From Magallana gigas (taxonomy: Eukaryota): a stretch of 64,000 nt of DNA. Made by a program: the position numbers and the translations under genes. Positions 12,901 through 23,700 of this stretch are shown piece after piece. The notes beneath the pieces were generated by a model. The model worked only from the letters and a program-made list of their open reading frames with translations, was not told where the DNA came from and did no database searches. Within the stretch, counting starts at the first letter, position 1. Each line of letters starts with the position of its first letter. The DNA lies in the NCBI RefSeq assembly GCF_963853765.1, contig NC_088855.1:36402205-36466204 (forward strand). Direction: 5' to 3'.

Positions 12901-15833
12901 TAAAACATGGGATAAATAGAATCTCATATGATTTGTAGTATAATATGATTTTTATCCAACTTTTGTGTTTTATCCCCTCACTCAAGAAAAAAACACTTTA
13001 ATTGTTGGATGAAAATCATATCCAACTACAAATCATGAGATCCTATATATTGCAGTTCTTTACATCTTATGTTGGGCATTTATTTCTCATCATTGTTAAT
13101 ATAAAGAGGATGGAATTCAACGTTTTTTTTCACTTCTCTATATTAATTGTCATAGCGGGGCCCTTCCTGACTGGTCAGTTTTCTAGTTGATTAATGCTTT
13201 CAAATATCAAACAAATCTTCGAAATTCTTAAGATTGTAAAAGATTTCCAAAATTTAAATGTTTCTTGTAAATGAATGTACATGTTTAATCATGCTAGTTC
13301 CAGAGACTGAACAAAGTTTCTTTTCTATTTTGATATAAAGATATGTAATGGAGAAAGTGGACATGGTGCTGGTGGGAGCAGAAGGTGTTGTAGAGAGTGG
13401 AGGAATCATTAACAAGGTGATTTATATAAATCTATAGGTTATACGCCGTGTAGGGGAATCATTAACAAGGTGATTCATATAAACCTATAGGTTATACGCC
13501 GTGTGGAGAAATCATTAACAAGGTAATTAACATAATCTATAGGTTATACCTCGTGAGGGGGAATCATTAACAGGGTGATTCATATAAACCTATAGGTTTT
13601 ACCTCGTGAGGGGGAATCATTAACAGGGTGATTCATATAAACCTATAGGTTTTACCTCGTGAGGGGGAATCATTAACAGGGTGATTCATATAAACCTATA
13701 GGTTATACGTCGTGTGCAGTTACAGTATGAATTACACTTGCTATTGAATTTGAATGTGTCAATAAAAAAGCACCAGCACATTGGTATACAGTGTATTAAC
13801 CCTTAATGTTGTCTTAGCCTTGCTTTTTCATTTCTTGTTTTTTGCAAATTCTTTTTTTATATAATGCATTTGACCCATGCTTTTGATATAACTATTCTCC
13901 TGGCTCAAATAAATGCAAAAGGTTAGATCATTTCATTTTAAAGCAGTAACAAACTGATGCAAGATGTTCATCCACATAGATGAGAAATGTTCAGAGGTCT
14001 GCAGCTTATATAGGGGTTGTAGGGATAGCCGCAAGGAAAGGGAAGAATGGCAGAAAATGCTTTTCACGAGTCATGTTCAGCTTTAAGAGAACATCTTTTG
14101 AAATTTATATAAAGTATAAATGCATAATTTAAATGCAATCCTCATGTTATTTTATACGATACAAAAAAAACCTAGGATTTTCAAAATTGAATATCCATTT
14201 CTCTTGCTTCACAAATTATACTTGGATCTATACCACTGTAAAAGTAAGTCAAGAGCCTTAAGTGTACCAGTATGTAAAACTGTATGTCAGCTTTAATATA
14301 CAATGTACTTGTACATTATCAACTTTTAAATTCACTTTGTTTTTTTGTAGATAGGAACATACACATTGGGACTTACAGCAAAGGCCATGAATAAACCGTT
14401 CTATGTAGTGGCTGAGAGTTTTAAATTTGCCCGTTTATATCCACTCAACCAACAGGATCTTCCCAATCAATTCAAGGTACCCATATTATTTGTTAAAGCA
14501 GCTGGAAAATAAATGAAAACATGACAGCTCCATTTTTGAAAGAGTATTGTATTTAAAATAGAGTATAATTATCCCCCCTTTTTTTTTTGCAAAGTTAGAC
14601 ATAACCATTAGCCAAATTTTTTTTTAATGCTCTTCAAGATTATTAAAGAAATCTAGCCCCCCCCCCCCCCCCCAACCCCCCACTTTCAATTTGCTTCTGA
14701 CGCCACTGATTGGTGGAATTTTGGGTTATTTGTATTCTATATTGCATGTAGAACAAGTGAAAAGCTGTCAATGTGACAGCAAACCGGGTTTTCTTTTATG
14801 TGAACTGTATCCATAATCCATGTCAACCCGTATCCAGTGAAATGGAGTACCCTATATGCAATATTTTGCCAAAAAATGACTAAGTTCAAAAGCTGGTATA
14901 TTTTCATAAATTATCAGAAATCAAAATTCTAGCAATATGCACACCTCTGATATATGTACAATTGATCTGCAAAAGAACAACTTCCTATCTTGAGAACTGT
15001 AGGAGGACTTATCCGTACAATGAGGGTACCCTATATGCAATATTTTGCCAAAAAATGACTAAGTTCAATAGCTGGTATTTTTTTCATAAATTATCGGAAA
15101 TCAAAATTCTAGCAATACGCACACCTCTTATATATGTACAATTGATCTGCAAAAGAACAACCTCCTATCTTGAAAACTGTAGGAGGAGTTATCCGTACAA
15201 TGAGGGTACCTTTTTGGCAGCCGCCCACTTACCCGCCCGCCTGCCCGCCATTTTCACCATTTTAATAACCGGATTTTTCCGTTGAAAAACCCGGTTAATA
15301 ATACACAGCATCTCCTTGTTCAGCACTGGTGATGTCACATTACCATGTATCAATGATGCACTTAGGTCTGAAACCTATTCGTATATTCTGATAGCGAATA
15401 CATTTATGATCATTTAACAGAAAATACAATTCATTTCTAAATCCTTCAACTCTAAATCAGCCCTTTGGCATTTACCGGTATTTGGATGTGTTAATATTCT
15501 CTAGGTTGTATTCCTTTCTGAAAAATGTCTCCATGAATTTTGACAGACCATGTGTGGTTGTGCATGACAAATTTACTGAATATACATTTACTCAATATCA
15601 TATTTAAAAAATCAACAACATTGACACAGTATCGGTGTCACAGATTATGTACCATGTTATTATTTGTTTGGTTTCAGTACCATGCAAAAGTGTTGAAGTC
15701 TAGTCCGGACCTGATGAAGGAGCACCCCCTGGTGGACTACACTCCCCCCTCCTACATCACTCTACTGTTCACCGACCTGGGCGTCCTCACCCCCTCAGCT
15801 GTCAGTGATGAACTCATTAAATTATACTGTTAA
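9948..15833 (+). CDS. EIF2B1: Translation initiation factor eIF-2B subunit alpha. All nine coding exons were resolved, giving 303 aa.
   Basis: The exons are 9948-9960, 10392-10493, 10619-10758, 10969-11085, 11490-11602, 11747-11815, 13341-13416, 14351-14476 and 15678-15833 (TAA). All junctions are GT-AG and all phases are consistent. The protein reads [38 protein letters not shown]...[17 protein letters not shown]...[14 protein letters not shown]...[59 protein letters not shown]...[34 protein letters not shown]. It is colinear with human EIF2B1 (305 aa), and the C-terminal 24 residues are nearly identical. Confidence 0.9.
11213..11433. mobile_element. Foldback MITE-like element in EIF2B1 intron 4.
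   Basis: It has inverted termini, actgtggtttcatcaatattcgttgaat... on the left and ...attgatatccttgaatatcaatgaaaccacagt on the right. A homologous half-copy occurs at 42455-42560 inside a PARP4 intron. Confidence 0.4.
11566..11656 (+). repeat. 51-bp tandem duplication (x2) spanning the EIF2B1 exon 5 donor junction.
   Basis: The unit tatgtgacagaatctctaccaaacaagtcaggg occurs at 11571-11603 and again at 11622-11654. Each copy ends in a usable donor: GG|gtcagt for the first and GG|gtaggg for the second. Read-through of the first copy stays in frame with no stop codons and would repeat the peptide [11 protein letters not shown]. Confidence 0.85.
12657..12905. repeat. Tandem duplication of about 124 bp (x2), intronic.
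   Basis: The block cattggatattttttggatatcccacagttgtgactttacaacgggatttgcgtaggcat...gtaaacattgattgtggt is repeated head-to-tail. Confidence 0.85.
13402..13715 (+). repeat. Roughly 60-bp minisatellite with about five units. Each unit carries a copy of the EIF2B1 exon 7 3' end together with its GT donor.
   Basis: The unit ggaatcattaacaagGTgattcatataaacctataggttatacgccgtgtgg is tandemly repeated immediately after the authentic donor AACAAG|gtgatt at 13416/13417. Each unit keeps the exon tail ggaatcattaacaag followed by gtgatt or gtaatt. Confidence 0.85.
14840..15215. repeat. Tandem duplication of about 185 bp (x2) in the last EIF2B1 intron.
   Basis: The block ...gagggtaccctatatgcaatattttgccaaaaaatgactaagttcaa.agctggtat...caattgatctgcaaaagaaca.cttcctatcttga.aactgtaggagga.ttatccgtacaatgagggtacc is repeated. 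The ORF-track entry 14962-15285 shows an internally repeated peptide as a consequence of this repeat. Confidence 0.8.
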
Positions 15834-17743
15834 CTAATTTTTTTTTCTTTTTTTTTCTCCAAAGTGGTTTGAATTACATGTAGCTACAAGACCAATCAAA
15901 GTACTGAAAGCCGGGCTCTTTTGGTGTGTCTTTATGCATATTGTGTGGTAAAGACTGAAAATCTCTATCTCTCTCTCTCTCTCTCTCATGCTTTTAATGT
16001 TGGCAAAGCGTCAGAGAGCGACCAAATTTTGTAAGCGGCTATAAACAAAAATATGTCTGTCTAATAGAAAAAAGTTCAACAGTTGGTGCCTTGAATTTTG
16101 CAACAAGCGTTATATATTCAATCCCCATTTCTTCAATGCGCAGCAAGGTAGTTCATGGAAATTCATGCGCATCGTATGTGTCCAAAATGCATAGTCTTGT
16201 TTAAACATGTTATTAATAAGAAAACTTAAAAAGATAAACAATTCTCCTCTCGAATTTAAAAAAAAAGAAACAAAATGCCAACACTTTTGACAAAACGTGG
16301 CTCTTTTTGTAACTATTTGGTATAGCCGAAGCATTTACTTTGACTCTGATTGGTTTTTTGTTTACTTTTGAAGTTATGCTATTTATAGTAACATTGGCGA
16401 TTTGCCTGCCTACAGCCAGGACTCTGCTTTCAGCAGAGCCTGGGTAAAAATTGTAAGTAGCAGGCATAAATTTCAAACAATTATTCCTCTGGGTAGCATT
16501 TCAACATACAAACCTACATGTAGAGCCAAGAGATTTGTAATGTTATTACAGACAAAGACAGTTGAAAATGTAATTATATAAGAATAAGCAGAATAAATTT
16601 TTGTACTCCACCTGGTTAACAATTTTCAAAAGTAACATTGAATTTTAAAGTTTATTTCTAATTTGTAAAACAATACATTTAGTACAAGTTTATTACAATA
16701 TTGCAAACCAATCATTTTCTATTACAAGAATGTTCAAACAAAATATTGTACGGAAAACCAATTATTTACAGTACTATGTATTAGTCTAAGAAGAATGTTC
16801 AGAAACAGATCAGCATTACACATGTAAAAAAAAAATACTGATGAAAAAGTATTATCCAAGATTAAAGAAAATATTAATGAAGAATTGATAAGTTGCCTAG
16901 ACTGAAGAATGTAAAAAATTTAGAGATAAACTAAAACACAAATGTGGAAGTTGTTGACAAGATTAAAATAAAAATAGAAGTTGCAAAACAAAAGTAAACA
17001 TGAATGAATTATTGACCCCCCCCCCCCCTCCAAAGATGATAAATACAAAGTGTTGCAAAACAATCTGCATTAAATTGACCATGGATTTCCAACTATGGTT
17101 TTAAAAAATCAACGTCTTAATGTATTGCAGCCAAACAACTCCACTAAAATCTACTATCATTTAACTTTGCAATGATAAGAATTAAATTTATGTAATTAAC
17201 TATAAATTTCATTTTTGAATGGGATAAAGAATTTTGCAGACAATATCACAGACAAATAAAGATACAATGTATATGAAATAAAAATATATGACACTGTTAT
17301 ACAAATCTATCACAGCTTTTGTTGATCAAATATAAACTACATTTGCTATCACTTCATTGGCTTTGTAAGAAACAAATTAAACTTTCGCAGTTTGACATAG
17401 AGATCAAATTTAAAAATTGCACTGGATAGTTGATAAAATCCATTCCAAGCCAGAGGGTTGTTAGGTTTTGCGCCCTTGCTCTGTTGTCATCTAGTCTAGA
17501 AGAGAATGATCGACTCCTCTTAGATGGGACACTAGCCAATGGCAGGGTAACTTTCAGTTGATTTAGCTGGCTGGGTTGAGAAAATGCAGATACAGAAGTA
17601 CCCTGTTCAAAATCACACAAACACATCATATGTCCACGGTGCGATTTGAACCAGCGACCTTTTACTTAGTGGCCACTGAGCCGTGTGTTCCATTATATTG
17701 CTCTACATTCTTAACTTAGTCCTTTTTCAATAGTATCATAAAA

Positions 17744-20700
17744 TTAGAACAGTGACTGTAACAGGCAATCCACAAGATGTGTCAGGTTTTTTCCAAGATC
17801 CAAATCTCTGATGTAAGGAGTCCATATTGGTTTACGATTTCCCAACTGAATGGATGCCTCTAGTGGAAAATCAAACCCAATGCTGACAACTTCTTTCATA
17901 CATTTAAAACTGACTACCACCGAAGAAATGTTTGGCGATATGTCAAGAAGATGTTCGCAGCAGCACAGCCACTTTGGAAGTTTTCTTTTTTTGAATTCAT
18001 GCATGAACTTCATTATACCAACAAGAAAAGTGGCCATCACAGGTAACAGCTCACTCTGAATGGATTTTGCTACGAAAGAAAAATAATTTTATCTTCAATG
18101 TACAAAAAGTTTGAATTATGATTATTGATGGTCCTAAAACACATGCAAGAACAATGCATCATGGGTTTTGTTCCTCTGTTTTACATCATTTTCTGTATCA
18201 GAGGTAGTACATGTATTGGGAAATAATTTGATATCAAAAGTACCATAATTTTGAGAAAAAATTCTAAATAATTGAACATTTTTTCCTTTGCAAATATTCT
18301 ATCAAATATTTCTGTGTTGAATGTCACAGGCAGGTAATGGTCTAAAATAGCTAGCAGGATATTACTTCCACAATGTTAATATGTTGCATGTATTATCTTA
18401 CATAGTGACAGCAAGCCTTGATTCTTCAGTAACTGTTCCAGTTTTTCGGCACTGATTGCTAATCCCTTAGCGAGATCCTTATCAAGTCTCCACAGACCAT
18501 CCTGCATAAATGCAATTTAAATTATTAAATGACTATCACATTTCTAATTCTTATGATTTGTAAGGACAAGAATATTATCACTTAGCTCTAGCAAGTTGCA
18601 CTTTTCTGTCTACAAATACTAGTAATAACAAAAATAAACGCAGTCAGTTCTTGCCAAGAATATTTATTAAAGGTTCATTAAATGACAAACTCTCTTAAAA
18701 GCAATAATCTTCTATAAATTGAGTTTGCATGACTTATACATGTACCTCGTTCAAAGGTGGCAGATATCTAAAGTTCATTGTGCCATCTTTGTCCCACACA
18801 CTCTTCCACATGTCGATGTAAGGTGCATCTTAAATTAAAGAAAAAGAAACGAAGAAATGACACAAAAATACTTTCATTTGAAATAAATTAAGAAGTAAAT
18901 CACAAGAAATAAGAGAAATATATCTTTCCAAAACAAAACTAGAAAGGTGCAATAATTGAAGAGTTAGATATACAGACCTGTAGAAAGTGTTTCATTCAGT
19001 TTGTTCCTGTATTCTTTAACCTACAAATCAAGTAATTGATGATTTCTTATTGAACAAACCATTAACATTTTTTAAAAACATGTATATCCTATATGTATAC
19101 CAGCAAAAGCAACCAACCAGATTACAAATCAAGAGAGAGAATAAACTCGAAAAATTAATGCAACAATCTCTGATAGGAAAATGCTTAACAATGATGGTCA
19201 TTACAACTTCATTATATTTCTTAGTTGAAAGTGTGGATGTTGTCTGAATTGTACATTCATAACAATTTTAATAATTAATTAGATAGATATTCTGTTTATA
19301 ATGGCTATTCATATGAAATTTTACATTTATGCTCCGAAGCCAGAGGTGAATTTTGAACAATATAAACATAATATGATTTTGTCAAACACATACCTGCATT
19401 TTATGTTCCTTCACAAACTCTTCAAGCTGTTCAGCCACAGCCTTTCCATCTTCTGGGATAAGGAACAATATTGTCTCACTCATAGAATGTGGAATTGCTA
19501 AAACAAGTTCAAAATGTCCCTTAGGTTCCTCGATTTGAATGCATCCAATCTACAAAGAACAAGAGCATTCTAACAGTTTCCGGCAATTCAAGCAATACTT
19601 AATCAAGAAAAAGATGCTAAATTCTTAAAATCCAAAAACCAGAAACATATATATCCAGTGAATGACTTATGTGTTGGCTCAACAAATTAACATTCTGCAT
19701 GGCCAAAAGTGACCCATATGATAAACATACACATGCATGTTTGAATAACGCAAAGTATGAAATTTCTGTGTACTGCATGATCCTTCACCAATATCAATTT
19801 CACATGATAACTTATACACAACTGCTTAAGTAGTATAAAGTAAAGAAAATGCATGTAAAAAATAAGAATGTATTGCTTTTGTTGCAGCAATGATATTGAT
19901 TTGTTCTCTCAAGTTCTGTGTAGTAGAAACTGTATAAAAAAAACAACATGAGGAATGTGAGACACTCTAATGACGGTGATGAAAAATGTGAGATATTTCT
20001 GTGACAGTGATGAGAAATGTGAGATGTTCTTGTGACAGTGACATGAAATGTGAGATATGTTCCTGTGACAGTGATGAGAAATGTGAGATATGTTTCTGTG
20101 ACAGTTATGAGAAATGTGAGATGTTCCTGTGACAGCGATGAGAAATGTGTGATATGTTCCTGTGACAGTGACGAGAAATGTGAGATATGTTCCTGTTACA
20201 GTGATGAGATTTGTGAGATATGTTCCTGTGACAGTGATGAGAAATGTTAGATGTTCCTGTTACAGTGATGAGAAATGTGTGAGATGTTCCTGTGAAATGT
20301 GATACTTTCCTATGAAATGTTCCTGTGACAGTGATAAGAAATGTGATATGTTCCTGATGATGAACATGAGATGTTTTTAATCATAGTGATGAGAAATGTG
20401 AGATGTTCTTTTGCCAATGATGATTTGTTCTTACCAGTCCTATTGGTAAGAATTCTCCTATTGGTAAGAATTCTTCTGGAGCATCTTGCACTTCCATAGT
20501 TGCTTGCACCGCATTCTCCGGAAATTGCTGCAGGCTCAACATTCTCAGCAGATAACTTGGCACAAAGGTCATGTATAATGTTTCTGGCAACAATACATTT
20601 TGTACCCTACAAGTTTAAATAATCAGAATACAAATTGCATACACCATGAAACCTTACTCCAAAAATTTATTATAAAATTTAGTAAAACAAATACAGTAAA

Positions 20701-23700
20701 ACACGGTTATAGCGAACACGCTTATAATGAATTGACGCTTACAGCGAAGTGAATTTCATTCCCCAAGATTCTATTTCATGTTGTAAACTTGATGGATATA
20801 ACGAATTATGCTTATAACGAAGTTAAATCGCCCGTCCCTGGGACTTCGTTATAAGCGTGTTTTACTGTATTATTAATAATGAATCAATATGGTTTGTTCC
20901 TTGCTTTTCACGAAGAGATTATAATTCTGTAGAAGCAGAAATATTCATTAAGGATTTAAAAAATTTCATTATTTTCGTTGGCAGAATAAATCAACGAAAT
21001 TAAATCCACAATAAATATTTCATCCAAGTATTATAAATACAAAGTTGATAGGTGATACAATTTAGAAATTGCAATATGATGAAATTAATTGCCAACAAAA
21101 TTTTATTTGGTTTAAAACAACAAAATTTTAACCCAACCAAAATATGTGGTTTTTTTTATAATTAACAACTCTAACACACTTTTGAATTGCTTTTAAACTT
21201 AAACCTGCCTGAGCATCTAAATAATCAAGGTCACACTCTGTATTTGAAGCTAGTTTTGCTTTGTACTTCATTTACATACACTCATGTAGTTAAATCAACC
21301 ATGCATGTTTGAATAAGTAAGGACCATCATTAACCCAGATATGTGACCTGCTCGAAAAACTTTAAACTCATCCAGCATCACCTAATGCTCATCAAAGCTT
21401 GAAGAGTGCATTAGTATTAAAAGATGCATCATCCATCTAAGTAAAGATAGGACCAAAAATATCATAAATGTGATCATCATAAGGCAATTAATGCTCTATA
21501 ATTGTTTAACCTGGTTTTAAACCTGTAACCTCCTTCAGCATTCAATACCTATGGCTTAGATTCAGCAATCAAGTTTGTCAAGTGCTTAAGTATCATTAGA
21601 TGAACACTCTATGAAAGTTTGGTGAAGACAGGAATAAGGCTATTATTAACCTGAATATGGCCATCAAAGGGCAAATGCACCAAAGACTTAGCCTGCTCCT
21701 TAACTGTAACCTCCTTTAGCATTTGATACCTATAGCTTAGATTCAGCATCCAATTTTTTATTCCTGAAATGTGCCTAGATGCACCATAGGCTCAGTGAGC
21801 TGAAAATAACAGCAAATCTGTGTATACCTTTGTACTTGCTCTTATAAGGCATACTTATCAATGAAAGTCACTCTCAAATGTTTCTTACCTCTCTTTTCTC
21901 TGTGGATTAACATAAACGTCAATTTCATAATTTATGTTTTCCCTGGTACTAATCTTTTGATAGTGCAAATTCCCTGAAATAAGAAAATCATAACTTGAGT
22001 TCAGATTAAATATAGTGGCAGAGTTCTGTCTTGGATTTCTCATTTAAAAAACTTCAAATCTCAGATTTATGTCTCAGTTTCTAGTAAAAATTTTATTTTG
22101 TCCTCCAATTCAAGAAAGCACAAATTTGTATATTAAATTTCTAAAAAAAATTGTTTTAAACTAATTACTTTAACCATGTCAGACTTAAATCAAATCTCAA
22201 ACATTGAAACAATATAAATTGCATGAATACAAAATTGTTAATGTTATTAACATTCCTTAATTAGATCCATTCCACTCAGTTACAAATATGGAATTAATCA
22301 TTATCATTTACCAATACTCTGACTTTCTTCATAACAAACTTGATTCATATATCTTTGTTATAAGAATGTTCATCTATACCTGTCCAGCAGTGGACTTCAA
22401 AATCTCCATTTCCAACAGGTGCCTCAAACTGACTTTCATAAAGGCACAAGGAATTCAAAAGTTCTACAAAGAGGCAATTGCAATAAATCAATGCATATAA
22501 ATACAAAATACATAATAGGACAGAAATCATGTTTATTTCTTCAACTATAGTTTATTCTGTTTAAATATTTAATCCATTATCTCACCTTCTTCTGATAGCT
22601 CTAGTTCAAACTGGGTTCCCTTCAGATTATATGGTTCTTCGGTTCTCTGTGGCATCTTACTATCATCACTTTTCTTACTTATTTTTCTTTTCCTGCCTCT
22701 TGTTTTCTTTCCATACAATTTTTTTCTCCTATCTTTAATGCTTCTGTCTCTATCCCAGCTTCTATCACTACCCATTTTACTACTTTCCCAATACCAATCT
22801 CTTCTTTTGGATTTTCTGTAAATGTTTCTATCTCTTCTATTTTCTCTTTCATCCCAGCTTTTATTCCGGCGTCTGACTCTACTATCCCAGCTTTTGTTCC
22901 TGCTTCTGTCTCTTCTACCCCAGCTTTGATCCCTTCTTCTGTCTCTTCTATCTCTTCTTCTGTTTTCTCTTTCCCAGCTTCTGTTCCTACTTCCATCCCT
23001 ACTCTCCCAGCTCCTATCCCTACTTCGGTCTCTTCTATCCCAGCTCCTATCATAACTTCTGTCTCTTCTATACCAGCTCCAATCTCTACTTTTGGTTCTA
23101 GTATCTCTGTTTCTATCCCTACTTCTGGTTCTAATATCCCTGCTTCTATCCCTACTTCTGGTTCTTCCATCCCAGCTTCTATCACATCTTCTGTCTCTTC
23201 TATCCCAGCTTTTATCATAACTTCTGTCTCTTCTATACCAGCTCCAATCTCTACTTTTGGTTCTAGTATCTCTGTTTCTATCCCTACTTCTGGTTCTAAT
23301 ATCCCTGCTTCTATCCCTACTTCTGGTTCTTCCATCCCAGCTTCTATCACATCTTCTGTCTCTTCTATCCCAGCTTTTATCTCTACTGCTATCCATGCAT
23401 CTATCTCTACTTCTGTCTCTTCTTTCTCTTCTTTTATTTTCCCTATCCCAGCTTCTGTCTCTACTCTCCCAGCTTCTATCCGTACTTCTTGATTTCCTAG
23501 TACAGCTCCCATCATAACTTCTGTCTCTACTCTCCCAGCTCCTATCCCTACTTCGGTCTCTTCTATCCCAGCTCCTATCATAACTTCTGTCTCTTCTATA
23601 CCTGCTCCAATCTCTACTTTTGGTTCTTGTATCTCTGCTTCTATCCCTACTTCTGGTTCTAGTATCCCTGCTTCTATCCCTACTTCTGGTTCTACTATCC

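Noticed and set aside
16110-17629. Short minus-strand ORFs between the EIF2B1 3' end and the next gene's terminal exon.
   Set aside because: AT-rich, low-complexity peptides with no splice signals and no recognisable domain. This region is probably 3' UTR or intergenic.
20050-20250. Plus-strand ORF encoding a Cys/Asp-rich repeat (SCDSDEKC...).
   Set aside because: It is simply the translation of the 31-bp intronic minisatellite.
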